From: Dehalococcoidia bacterium
Lineage (GTDB): Bacteria > Chloroflexota > Dehalococcoidia > Bin125
Length of the DNA stretch: 64,000 nucleotides
Reading direction: 5' to 3'
NCBI GenBank assembly: GCA_965116225.1
Contig: OZ220495.1
Location: 2,340,670-2,404,669 of the forward strand
In this document: piece by piece, positions 45,818 through 55,428 of the stretch
Layout: each line of letters opens with the position of its first letter
How positions within the stretch are numbered: the stretch's first letter is position 1
Notes under the pieces: generated by a model
Database searches by the model: none
What the model was told of the DNA's origin: nothing
What the model saw: the letters and a program-made list of their open reading frames with translations, nothing else
Translations under genes and position numbers: made by a program

Positions 45818-47103
45818 TGTTTGACCCCGGCCGACCGCTCAGCGGCGTCCGCGTCGCCGACCTGACCATGATCTGGGCCGGTCCGTATGCGACCAAGATC
45901 CTCGCCGATCAGGGCGCGGAGGTGATCAAAATCGAATCACCGCGAGTGTGGGACAACATTCGCACCCTGCTCGCGCCTCCCGTCGCGCCTGGCGAACACT
46001 GGTGGAACACCAACTTTTACCTTCACGAATACAGCCGCAACAAAAAATCGCTCACACTCGATCTCGCCGCCGACGTAGGCAAAGCGGTGTTCGCGCAGCT
46101 CCTCCGACATTGCGACGTCGTGATCGAGAACTACCGCACCGAGGTGATGGATAACCTCGGCCTGAGCTACGACTGGCTGCGCGAGCAGCGGGACGACCTG
46201 ATCGTGATCGGCATGGCGGGCTTCGGCAAAACTGGGCCGGAGCGAGACGCCGTCGGCTACGGGCCAATCATCGAGATGATGAGCGGCATGACATCGACGA
46301 CCGGCTACGGCGACGACGGCGTGCCGTACAAGAGTGGCATCTCGTATGGCGACCCGATCGCCGGCGTCTGCGCCGCCGCGGCCGTCGCGACCGCGCTGAT
46401 TCATCGCAAGCGCACCGGCGCGGGGCAGTACATCGACCTCGCTCAGCGCGAGGTCATGTCCACCCTGCTGGGCGAGTTCTACATGGACTGGTCGATGAAC
46501 CGACGCTTGCCCGAGCACATGGGCACTGGACATGACTGGATGGCGCCGCACAACGTGTATCGCTGCGTGGGCGACGATGAGTGGATCGCGATCTGCGTCC
46601 GCACCGATACCGAGTGGGAGGCGCTCAAACGCGCGATGGGCTCGCCCGATTGGGGTGAGCGGGCGGAGTTCTCGGACCAGATCCTGCGCTGGGAACATCG
46701 CGTCGAGCTCGACGAGCTGGTGAGCGGCTGGACCGCTGAGCGCAGTAAGGCCGATCTCTTCGCCGTGCTCCACGCCGAGCGGGTCCCGTCCTCTCCCGTC
46801 TGGAAGATGCTCGAGGTGCTCCGCGATCCGCATCTCAGCGCGCGACGGTACTACGAGCCGATTCGCCACCCGGAAGTGGGCATCTGGGTTGCGCACGGTT
46901 GGCTCTGGCGCACTGACGGCGCCGGGCCCTGCATCGTTGCGCCCGCGCCCGAGTTCGGTCAGCACAACGCCGAGATTTTCGGCGGACTGCTGGGTATGTC
47001 CGAAGTGGAACAGTCCGCCCTCGAAGCCGCTGGGATTACCGCGACCCGACCCGAAGGCGTTCCGCGCGCGTCGGAAATGCCGCCTAGCCCGTCGCTGATC
47101 TGA
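45817..47103 (+). CDS. Family III CoA-transferase (catalytic-Asp type)
   Basis: VRVADLTMIWAGP, RNKKS, ENYR, SYGDPIAG. TGATG coupling to the upstream gene. Confidence 0.9.
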   Translation: MFDPGRPLSGVRVADLTMIWAGPYATKILADQGAEVIKIESPRVWDNIRTLLAPPVAPGEHWWNTNFYLHEYSRNKKSLTLDLAADVGKAVFAQLLRHCDVVIENYRTEVMDNLGLSYDWLREQRDDLIVIGMAGFGKTGPERDAVGYGPIIEMMSGMTSTTGYGDDGVPYKSGISYGDPIAGVCAAAAVATALIHRKRTGAGQYIDLAQREVMSTLLGEFYMDWSMNRRLPEHMGTGHDWMAPHNVYRCVGDDEWIAICVRTDTEWEALKRAMGSPDWGERAEFSDQILRWEHRVELDELVSGWTAERSKADLFAVLHAERVPSSPVWKMLEVLRDPHLSARRYYEPIRHPEVGIWVAHGWLWRTDGAGPCIVAPAPEFGQHNAEIFGGLLGMSEVEQSALEAAGITATRPEGVPRASEMPPSPSLI

Positions 47104-47566
47104 CTCTGACCACATCTGCAGCAACCAGCGCCGCGCGGAACGATGACACGTGGTCTTCCACGCTCTCACCCACGGCCAGTGCCCACGTCTCCGATTGCGC
47201 AAGTCGCTTGCTGATCTCCATGATGTCATCGTGCCAGCGCCACGATGCACTGATCGGCACCGGTAGCGCGAGTCGCAGCGAATAGTCATCCGTTGGCAGC
47301 CAGAAATGTCCGAACCAGCCATGGCGGCGGATGATCCCCGCCTGCATCAGAACCACGTGGGCGGCTCGCTTGTCCGGCGAGGAGTACTCCGGGTCCGTCG
47401 TGCAGCGAATCAGGAAATTGAAGATCGAAAACTGGCCGGCGCGGGATCCGGTTCGCAGTTGTCCGATCGCGCACAGCCCATCGGCGATTGCGAGCAGCCG
47501 CGCGCCGTGATCGAGCGGCAAGCGCGCTTCCGTCAACGTGGTCGGCGATTCAATTCGGGCGGTCAT
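47084..47566 (-). CDS. Hypothetical protein
   Basis: Protein-like ORF MTARIESPT... filling the gap, no recognised family. Confidence 0.45.
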   Translation of the reverse strand: MTARIESPTTLTEARLPLDHGARLLAIADGLCAIGQLRTGSRAGQFSIFNFLIRCTTDPEYSSPDKRAAHVVLMQAGIIRRHGWFGHFWLPTDDYSLRLALPVPISASWRWHDDIMEISKRLAQSETWALAVGESVEDHVSSFRAALVAADVVRVRSATG

Positions 47567-48370
47567 CGACCGCGCTGGACGTCGTCCAGCGTCGCGCGCA
47601 GACCGCGCGTGCGGATGGAGCGGTTCATCTCCAGTACGGGCGTAGTGAAGTGCGCGATCGAGTCGATCTCGACGCCGCCCATCAGCGCCCTCGCGGAAGC
47701 CCTGGACTTCCTGCGTGCGGTTGATCGCCTTTTTTCTGCAGCACCAGGATCTCTTTGGGCGTTTTCGCGACGGACTCGACATAATCATCGACATACTGAT
47801 CGAGTTGATCTGCAGGCAATGCTCGGGTGAACAAGCCGCTCTGCGCTGCCTCGCGGCCCGAGATAGATCATGTTGCCGACCGGGAAGAAGACCTTTTTCG
47901 CCTGTTTCGCGTAACCTGCCAGGCCCAGAACGAAGCCGGTGCCCAGCGGCAGTTGCAGCGCGCCGACCCGCGTACCCTCGGCGGCAAACGTGACATCACA
48001 GATCATTGCTAGCTGCGTGCCGCCGGTTAGGCAGTGTCCGTGCACTTTGGCGATCACCAGTAACCGCAGGTCCCAAATCCACAGCCAGTTATGCAGCAGC
48101 CCCTCGAGTTCGTAGTCGCGGGAGATCGTCGACGCCTGTTCGGACGCTACGCCCAAGCCGCTGGCCAGGTCGTAGCCCGCGCTGAACGCTCGCCCCGTGC
48201 CCGAGATCCAATGCTACATGAACCGAGTCGTCGCGCTCGGCTTCGACCAGCGCCTAGATCGACTCGCGCTGCAACTGACGCGAGATCGCGTTGAGCTTCT
48301 CGGTACGATTCAGGACAACTCTCGTTGCCTGACCAACCCGCTCGACGTCAATCGTCTCCGGTATGCCGAT
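47563..48370 (-). pseudogene. Degraded enoyl-CoA hydratase/isomerase
   Basis: Fragments VLNRTEKLNAIS, GRAFSAGYDL, IAKVHGHCLTGGTQLAMICD, KKAINR in different frames with stops. Start codon damaged after the AAGGGAG RBS. Confidence 0.8.
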
Positions 48371-48517
48371 CTACTCCCTTCATACGGCTGAACCGATACG
48401 GCTAACTGGAAGGTATCGAACTGATCAAAACCGCAACCGAAACCCGTATCGAAGCTGCGCCCGCATCATTCGCCCTGCGAGTTTCCCATCGACGCGATGC
48501 AAGACAGACATGAGTGC

Positions 48518-48566
48518 TTGCCATCGAGAGAATATATGTTCTGTTCTCTTTGTAGAACAGAGGTGC
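48518..48566 (+). promoter_or_regulatory. Putative LexA-type operator(s) upstream of the Crp/Fnr regulator
   Basis: TTGCCA at 48518, AGAATatatGTTCT at 48529-48542, degenerate GAACagagGTGC at 48555-48566. Same layout as the comM promoter. Confidence 0.5.
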
Positions 48567-48793
48567 AGTGAAAGTTGGCTCCGATGCTGTTCTTGTCCCT
48601 GTTGGCCTTCGCGATGGTCGCCTGGCTGCTGTGGGAGTGGAAGACCGGCGCGTGGCACCGTCCTCTGAGTTCGTCCGCAGGCGGTCGATCGCCGACGTCG
48701 CATCCAGTTCAGTGGCTATCGGCGCGACTGCCTACGGCGCACTCGCGCGAGGCGTGTGCATCGTTGCGCTTAGAATGCAAGTCGGAGTGTGAG

Positions 48794-49519
48794 ATGACTA
48801 CACGAAGCCCATCGTCCGCGGATTCCGCCAGTGAAGCACTCGACCTACTGATGAACGTGGTCCTGTTTCGTAATATGCCGAAATCCATGCTGCGGGAACT
48901 TAGCCAGAAATTGCGGCCGATCCGATATCGCGCCCACACCGACATCTTCCATGAGGGCGATGAGGGCGCGACCCTCTACATCATCCTCAAAGGCGCAGTG
49001 AAGATCTTCATCCCCTCGCTCGATGGACGAGAGGTCGTGCTGGCCGTGCATCGCAAGTACGACTTGCTGGGCGAGATGTCGCTGCTCGACGATTATCCCC
49101 GTTCCGCCTCGGCGCGAACCATCGAGGGTACCGAGGCCATGAGCCTGAATCGCCACGACTTCCTCTCCGTCCTCGACCGGCATCCCGAAGCACAGCGCGC
49201 GATCATCGATGTTCTCGTCGCCAGGCTCCGGGCGACGAACCAGTCGATCCAGGACGCCTACCTGCTGGACGTACCCGGCCGGCTCGCGCGCAGACTGCTG
49301 ACCATCGCCGACGAGCATGGAACGGTTGGCGAGGACGGCATCGATATCGGACTGCGCGTCTCGCAACAGGAGTTGGCGAACATGATCGGTGCCTCGCGCG
49401 TCGCTGTGAACAAGCAACTCCAGCAGTGGCGCAAACAGCAGATCGTTGACGTCAACCGGCAGCGGGTGACGATCGTCAATCGGGCAGCTCTCGAGCGCGA
49501 ATACTCGCTGTCGCCCTAA
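48794..49519 (+). CDS. Crp/Fnr family transcriptional regulator
   Basis: IFHEGDEG..LYIILKGAVKI, LGEMSLLD..RSASA, HTH SQQELANMIGASRVAVNK. GGAG RBS. An in-frame upstream TTG exists at 48575. Confidence 0.92.
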   Translation: MTTRSPSSADSASEALDLLMNVVLFRNMPKSMLRELSQKLRPIRYRAHTDIFHEGDEGATLYIILKGAVKIFIPSLDGREVVLAVHRKYDLLGEMSLLDDYPRSASARTIEGTEAMSLNRHDFLSVLDRHPEAQRAIIDVLVARLRATNQSIQDAYLLDVPGRLARRLLTIADEHGTVGEDGIDIGLRVSQQELANMIGASRVAVNKQLQQWRKQQIVDVNRQRVTIVNRAALEREYSLSP

Positions 49520-49603
49520 GCGCATCCCGCCGTGCGGATGCGACGAATCACACTGATCCAGGACGACATTCATAATGACATCCTGCTGGACGAAAGGTGC
49601 GCC

Positions 49604-50311
49604 ATGACTGAACCGCTGAGCGAATCGCAACTAGCGGCGCTTCGCGCCTGCCCCTCACCGGCCATTGCCAATGCGATCGAGACCTTCAATATCCGCAGTC
49701 GCGCGACGGGCTTCATGACGCCCGATATCGTTTGCCGCTTTCCGGAGCTGGATCCGGTCGTTGGTTACGCGGCGACCTGCAAGATTCGCGCCTCGATTCC
49801 GCCTGGTGACGATCCGCAGACCAAGGCGGTGCCGGACTGGTGGGCGCACATCGAATCGATCCCCGAACCTCGCCTCATCGTGATCCAGGACCTTGATCAG
49901 CCGCCGATCGGCTCGTTTTGGGGCGAGGTCAACGGCAATATTCACAAGGCGCTCGGCGCGATCGGGCTGATCACCGATGGCGGCGTCCGCGATCTCGATG
50001 AAGTGCGCGAGCTCGGATTCCAGTTCCTCTCGAAGGAGATCCTGGTTTCGCACGCCTACGTTCACATCGTCGAGATCGGCCAACCAGTCACCGTCGGCGG
50101 GGTGACCGTGCATCCCAGCGATCTGCTCCATGCCGACCAGCATGGCGTCTGCGAGATTCCCCACGAGATCGCGTCGCAGGTCGCCGCCGCCGCCCAGGCT
50201 GTCGAAGACCGCGAGCGGGTGATCATCAACTATGCCAAGTCGGACGGGTTCACGCGGCAGGGTTTGCTGAACGTGATGCAAGGTCGAGCGCCGTACGCTG
50301 ACCAGGAGTAA
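49604..50311 (+). CDS. RraA-family protein (HMG/CHA aldolase-like)
   Basis: VVGYAAT, FWGEVN, TDGGVRDLDE, GGVTVHPSDLLHADQHGV. Confidence 0.85.
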   Translation: MTEPLSESQLAALRACPSPAIANAIETFNIRSRATGFMTPDIVCRFPELDPVVGYAATCKIRASIPPGDDPQTKAVPDWWAHIESIPEPRLIVIQDLDQPPIGSFWGEVNGNIHKALGAIGLITDGGVRDLDEVRELGFQFLSKEILVSHAYVHIVEIGQPVTVGGVTVHPSDLLHADQHGVCEIPHEIASQVAAAAQAVEDRERVIINYAKSDGFTRQGLLNVMQGRAPYADQE

Positions 50312-50389
50312 GCCTCGATTCCGGAGCGACCGATCAGCGGTGCGACCTCGAGCGGACGACGGGCCGCGCTTCGTCGGCGCGAATCCGGA

Positions 50390-51598
50390 ATGTTCGCCCC
50401 GTTCCGCTCACGTGATTACCGTGTGCTCTGGATCGCGATCTTTCTGCGCTCCGCCGCGCTCTGGCTGGATCAGGCGGCGCGGCCGGTCCTGATCTACGAA
50501 CTTACTGATTCGGCGGTGTTGCTCGGCGTATTGCTTGCCGCGCGCATGGTGCCCAATCTGATCCTCGGCGTCTTCGCCGGCGCGATTGTCGACCGCTACC
50601 CAAAGCGCACCGTGCTGGTGCTGTCGCAGGCGGGCAACGTGGTCGCGGCCGGTGTACTGTTCCTGCTGCTCCTGCTCGAACTCGCCGAGGACTGGCATGT
50701 GATCCTGCTCGCCGCCGCGGCGGGCGTGAACATCGCGTTCTTTCAACCTGCGCGTCAGGCGATTCTGCCCACCATGGTGCCTCCGTCGGCGCTACGCCCG
50801 GCCGTTGCACTGTCGCAGACGGCCAATACGATGATGCGCATCGGCGGCGCGCTGCTGGCCGGCGTCCTGTTGGCGCTCGCCGACTTCGTCTGGATCTACG
50901 GCGCGATGACTGTTATCTATATCGGCGCCACTGTCTGTAGCAGCTTAATCAGGATTCGGGGCGAACCTCTCGCCGCAGCGAATCGAGCGACTGGATCACT
51001 CCTGCGGCAGACGGGCAGCGGCATACGCTGGGCGATTGATATGCGCTGGCCGCTGGCGGTGCTCGCGATTTCGGTCGTCATGTTTATCTTCCTGGTCCCC
51101 TACCAGAACGTCTTCGTGCCGCTGATGGTGATCGATGAATTGGGCGAACCGCGCTCGTGGGTCGGCTACCTGATGGCGGTAGGCGGCGCTGGCGCGGCGT
51201 CGGGTTCGTTGTTGTTGGCTGGATGGCGCAGCATTCCCTCGCCGGGTCGGTTGATGGCGGCGTTGCTGGTCGTGGCGGGCGTCGCCCTGTCGGCGATGTC
51301 GGGCGCGCTGCACCTGCCCGTACTGGCGATCTGCGTGTTCCTCGCCGCGGCGTGCTCGACGAACGTGATGTCGTTGGCGAACCTGACGCTACTCGCTCAG
51401 GCGAGCGAGGGTATGGTCGGCCGGGCGTTGAGCCTGATGAACATCGCCCGTGGCATGATCCTGCTGGGCGCGCTCGGAACCGGCGCGTTGGCGGACCTGC
51501 TCGGCCCGCGGACAGGGTTGCTGACGATGGGTATGTCGCTGGCCGCTATTGCGTTGCTGATGCTGGCGACGCCGCTGTCCAAGCGCGTGGCAGACTGA
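50390..51598 (+). CDS. MFS transporter
   Basis: ~12 TM, GAIVDRYPKR motif A, FQPARQAILP. Confidence 0.9.
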   Translation: MFAPFRSRDYRVLWIAIFLRSAALWLDQAARPVLIYELTDSAVLLGVLLAARMVPNLILGVFAGAIVDRYPKRTVLVLSQAGNVVAAGVLFLLLLLELAEDWHVILLAAAAGVNIAFFQPARQAILPTMVPPSALRPAVALSQTANTMMRIGGALLAGVLLALADFVWIYGAMTVIYIGATVCSSLIRIRGEPLAAANRATGSLLRQTGSGIRWAIDMRWPLAVLAISVVMFIFLVPYQNVFVPLMVIDELGEPRSWVGYLMAVGGAGAASGSLLLAGWRSIPSPGRLMAALLVVAGVALSAMSGALHLPVLAICVFLAAACSTNVMSLANLTLLAQASEGMVGRALSLMNIARGMILLGALGTGALADLLGPRTGLLTMGMSLAAIALLMLATPLSKRVAD

Positions 51599-51719
51599 GA
51601 TTGCGTCTGCGTCGGAGCCTCCGGCTGTCGCCCCCGCAAACTACCTGGACAGTGACGTGGCGACTCAATCGTATCTTGCACAGGCCTGCCAGGGAAGTCC
51701 GAGAACCGAGCAAGTCGGC

Positions 51720-52865
51720 CTATCCGCAGTCGTAATCGGGACTGGTGCGAGGCCATGAACTCGTCGTTCCCTTGAGCGTCATGGTCCTCGTTCCACGGCG
51801 GACAACGATGGTAAACTCATCGCCCGGAACAATGGTGGACAAGACATCCAGCAGTTCGTCGAAAGTCTGCGTCGGTTGTCCGTTCATCTGTAGAACGACG
51901 TCTCCATTACGCAGGCCGGACCGGTCAGCTGCAAAGCCGCATCCGACGGCGATGACACTTAGTCGATCTTGGCTTTGGTCGATACTCACGCCGAGGAACG
52001 AGCGCTCGTAGTCTTTGCCTGAGAGGAGCGTGGGGAGTGCCTTACGGATGGCGCTGGCGCTGACGGCGAACCCGATTCCGCTCCAAGTCTCTCCCCACCA
52101 AGTCTGGATCTGTGTCGGCATGCCCACGACCCGTCCCTGTGCGTCGACCAGCATGCCGCCGGAATTACCGGGATTGAGCGAGGCATCGGTCTGGATCATG
52201 TCGCGCAGCGGTTCGGAGGTGGCATTACCGCTGTACCGCTCACGGCCGATGCCCGAGATGATTCCGACGGTGAGCGAATTACGCAACCCGAACGGCGCGC
52301 CTAGTGCGGCGACTGGCTGACCCACCTGTAACTCATCCAATGGCGCGTAGGTTGGCAGCGCGATGTCGATTCCGTCAGGATCGATCTTGAGCAGTGCGAG
52401 GTCATTGCCAGCATCCCTGGCTATCAACCGTGCGTTTCGCTGGTTGCCGTCGTGCGTGGTCACGACGAGCGCACCAGCTCCTGAGACCACGTGGAGATTG
52501 GTGATCACATGTCCGTCATCGCTAACGAAGAAGCCCGCTCCGGCCCCTCGGTCAGCCATGATGGTGACGAGGGAAGGCACGGCGATCGTGAATATCGCGC
52601 TCCAGTCGACGGCTGGCCGGATCAGTTCGGTCGACTGCGCAGTTTGTTCGTCCGTGGCGAACGGTGCCCCGATCTCGGCGAACGCAGTGGATCCGCTTGC
52701 GGCGACATTGGCCGTGGTCGATTGGCTGGCTAGCATGACGTTCATCGCCTCGCCGCTCTTGTCGATGCTGTCCCCGCCGTGGGTCGTCCAGAAAATCCCG
52801 GCGGTGACCATTGCCGCGGCAGCCGCTGAGATGATCGCGGCGGCAAATGTGGTTCGTCGGTTCAT
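51720..52865 (-). CDS. HtrA/S1C serine protease with PDZ domain
   Basis: N-terminal signal/TM, ITNLHVV, DLALLK, IQTDASLNPGNSGG, C-terminal PDZ. Confidence 0.9.
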   Translation of the reverse strand: MNRRTTFAAAIISAAAAAMVTAGIFWTTHGGDSIDKSGEAMNVMLASQSTTANVAASGSTAFAEIGAPFATDEQTAQSTELIRPAVDWSAIFTIAVPSLVTIMADRGAGAGFFVSDDGHVITNLHVVSGAGALVVTTHDGNQRNARLIARDAGNDLALLKIDPDGIDIALPTYAPLDELQVGQPVAALGAPFGLRNSLTVGIISGIGRERYSGNATSEPLRDMIQTDASLNPGNSGGMLVDAQGRVVGMPTQIQTWWGETWSGIGFAVSASAIRKALPTLLSGKDYERSFLGVSIDQSQDRLSVIAVGCGFAADRSGLRNGDVVLQMNGQPTQTFDELLDVLSTIVPGDEFTIVVRRGTRTMTLKGTTSSWPRTSPDYDCG

Positions 52866-52912
52866 TGCTCATCTCCTCAAGATGTTCAGCTCGGGGTACC
52901 CGCGGGCACCGG

Positions 52913-53881
52913 CTATTCGGAGCCTGAGATCACTTCGATCAAGACGCGGACGCGCCCTTCAGGCAGCAGGGCGAGACGCTGAAACGCTGCTTCCGAGAGG
53001 TCGACGTGGTTGTGGCCGAGCAGCCCGGTGTCCTGCACGATGACGTCCACGAAGCGCTCCTCTCTCCAGATGCGCAGCCGGGTTCCGCAGGGCCAGGTGA
53101 CTGCAGCACCGACTGTCGCGTCCTGTGGATCATACGCCTTGCCCGTGCAGTACATCGGCCCACCGGCCAGAGATGGGTGGTAGTACGTGATCTCGCCTGG
53201 CACGATGCGGGACGCCGAATCGCCCTGGACGATGCCGGAGGCGGGATTCCAGCGCGCTGACTCGACGCGCATGCGCACCCAGATAGCGTTGCCCGGATGC
53301 AGAATCGCGAACAGCTGTTGGGCAGGCTTGCCGGGCGTATATGCAATCCACCGCTGATAGTCGGTATTCCAGCGACGCGCCTCGGCCACTGGAGCGAACG
53401 GATCGACGCCGAAGGCGGTCCATACCGGCTCGCGTAGCCCCGACCAACCGAGGTACGACCAGCCCACGGGCAGCGATGTCGACTCAGGCAGCGGTCCACG
53501 AAAGACTGGCTGGTGCCAGAGCGCATCGGACTCAAGCTCCATCCACAACGGTTGACCGTGCCGCAGCATGCCGATGGTGTCGATCGGTGTGTTCGGCGCG
53601 TATGCGCGCCAGCGGCGATCCACCTGCTCAGGCGCGCTGGATACCTGCGGAATATTCCAGCTGAGCGCGATCCGTAGCGGCAGCGAACCGGCTGCGTTGG
53701 CGATTGGCATGTTAGGGCCGCACCAGGTCGCGCTGTTCCAGCCGGCGACGAGGCCGATACCGTCGGTTTCGCGTGCGGTTGCTGTTGACTGGAACGACCG
53801 GGTACTGAACGCCGCGCCGAGCGCGCACGCGGCACCGGCTCGCAGGATGGCGCGACGACTGAATCGACGCGTCGATCTCAT
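52913..53881 (-). CDS. Tat-exported protein with repeated GW modules and a C-terminal RlpA-like double-psi beta-barrel
   Basis: FSRRAILR Tat motif, LVAGWN..W / LPVGWS..W repeats, ITYY...AAVTWPCGTRLRI..VIVQDTG..VDLSEAAF. Confidence 0.7.
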   Translation of the reverse strand: MRSTRRFSRRAILRAGAACALGAAFSTRSFQSTATARETDGIGLVAGWNSATWCGPNMPIANAAGSLPLRIALSWNIPQVSSAPEQVDRRWRAYAPNTPIDTIGMLRHGQPLWMELESDALWHQPVFRGPLPESTSLPVGWSYLGWSGLREPVWTAFGVDPFAPVAEARRWNTDYQRWIAYTPGKPAQQLFAILHPGNAIWVRMRVESARWNPASGIVQGDSASRIVPGEITYYHPSLAGGPMYCTGKAYDPQDATVGAAVTWPCGTRLRIWREERFVDVIVQDTGLLGHNHVDLSEAAFQRLALLPEGRVRVLIEVISGSE

Positions 53882-54900
53882 GCGTTCCGCGCTTGCCAGC
53901 CGCGAAACGCGAACATCGCGACCGAGGTCGCGATGGCGACGTTGACGCTGTCGATATTGCCGTACAACGGTAGTTCCAATTGCAGCGCCGCCGCCTCGAT
54001 GAATGGCTGTGGTAGTCCGTCGCCCTCGTTCCCGGCGACAATTAGGGGGCGTTCGGGCCACTCGGCATCCCAGATCGGTATCGCCTGATTGCCTTGTTGG
54101 AGGGCGACGATGTCAAAACCTTCGGCGGCGGCGCGATCCAGGCACGCGGTGGCTGATCCCAGCGTTTCAATTGGCAGCCACCAGTCCGCTCCCTTTGTCG
54201 ATGGTCGGTAGTAGAAATCGCGTCCGATGATCCAGACCGCTTCCGCTCCGGCGGCCTCGGCGCTGCGGACGAGTGTGCCGAGGTTGACTCCGTATGAGAA
54301 GTTGAACGCCGCGACGACAAACGACCTTGGCCTCGCAGGCGGTCGTTCGCGGTAGGGCAGTCCGAATGGTCGTACGAACGAGTGTGATCGGTCGCCGTTC
54401 GTTGGCGGACGAGCGGCGATAGCGTCGAGCGCCCGTCGGGCGCGATTGCGGATCGCCAGATCGGGATCGCGACTCAGTCGCTCCAGCAGCTCAGTCGCTG
54501 GAGCACCGATCGCGGCGAGCGCGACGCATGCCGCGCGGCGGGCGTTGCGCTCGCCCGTCTCCAGGACTGGGTCGAGCTGTCGGCAAACCTCGTCCGGGTC
54601 GAGTCGCGGCAGGAGGGTCATCGAACGCCGCCGCATCCGTTTGTTGGCCGAGAGCAACGACGGCAGCAACGCGGCGACGACCTCTCGCGCCGGACCCAAC
54701 TGCAGCGCAATGCGAGCCTCACCGCGCGGAAAGCCATGGTTCGTGTTGAGTACCACGTCGACGGTGCGCTCGATCCAGCCGTCGGAGCGCCAGGCCGCGT
54801 CGGCGCGGACGGCGGTCCCAGCTGCGTACGCGGCCTGTTCCTCCGCGTCGAGGCTGGGGATCAGAGTCGAATCGGTCGTTTGAGGGTTAGGCTGGCTCAC
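53878..54900 (-). CDS. HEAT-repeat / SpoU(TrmH) RNA methyltransferase fusion
   Basis: HEAT-like ARRAACVALAAIG..DPDLAIRNRARRAL, SpoU motifs NLGTLVRSAEAAG, GNEGDGL, LPLYGNIDSVNVAIA. Start uncertain. Confidence 0.78.
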   Translation of the reverse strand: MSQPNPQTTDSTLIPSLDAEEQAAYAAGTAVRADAAWRSDGWIERTVDVVLNTNHGFPRGEARIALQLGPAREVVAALLPSLLSANKRMRRRSMTLLPRLDPDEVCRQLDPVLETGERNARRAACVALAAIGAPATELLERLSRDPDLAIRNRARRALDAIAARPPTNGDRSHSFVRPFGLPYRERPPARPRSFVVAAFNFSYGVNLGTLVRSAEAAGAEAVWIIGRDFYYRPSTKGADWWLPIETLGSATACLDRAAAEGFDIVALQQGNQAIPIWDAEWPERPLIVAGNEGDGLPQPFIEAAALQLELPLYGNIDSVNVAIATSVAMFAFRGWQARNA

Positions 54901-54979
54901 AGGAGCACTAGCGTATTGCGAATCGCGTTGGTCGGGCGCTGGCGCGGCGCGCGGCGGTGTCCGATGGGGGAGTAGGCGC

Positions 54980-55375
54980 ATGACGACTCGCGAAGTGGAG
55001 ATCGAGGCTGAGCCGATCGATGCCTTCGAGGCGGCGCTGGAGGTGCTGGAACGGGCCGTGACCGAGGGCGCGTTCAAAGAGGTCGTCAATGAGTCGCCCT
55101 GTCATTATGCGATCGGTTGGGCCACGATGCTAACCGGCGCGCGGTACGATTTCCGCTTCGAGCACGGCGGTGGGACTACCCGCGCCGTGGCCGAGCTGGA
55201 ATTCTCCGGCCTGTTGGGACCGCTGTTGCGATTGATCCGCGGTGCCGGCAACGGTCCACACCTTGAGCAGATTCTGGGCGACATCAGGGGGCTCGCCGAA
55301 TCGGAAGAGTTTTACGAGGACGAAGACGTGCTCAATGGTAGAGCGGACGAGGGCGCGGCAAATGAAGGCGAATAG
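54980..55375 (+). CDS. Hypothetical protein (possibly SRPBCC-like)
   Basis: GGGGGAG RBS, coding-like composition, acidic tail. Confidence 0.55.
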   Translation: MTTREVEIEAEPIDAFEAALEVLERAVTEGAFKEVVNESPCHYAIGWATMLTGARYDFRFEHGGGTTRAVAELEFSGLLGPLLRLIRGAGNGPHLEQILGDIRGLAESEEFYEDEDVLNGRADEGAANEGE

Positions 55376-55428
55376 CGCAACTGCTAGTCTCGCCCGGACG
55401 CCGGTCGATGGACGAACAGGAGCAAGCC

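Noticed and set aside
43560-47322. Long antisense ORFs (43560..44606 +, 44759..45757 -, 45937..47322 -) and similar shadows elsewhere
   Set aside because: They mirror well-supported genes on the other strand, which is typical of high-GC DNA, and show no motifs.
51599-51719. Possible sRNA between the convergent MFS and protease genes (GTCGCC...GGCGAC stem)
   Set aside because: Only a short stem and no recognisable family; it may just be a terminator-like or remnant sequence.
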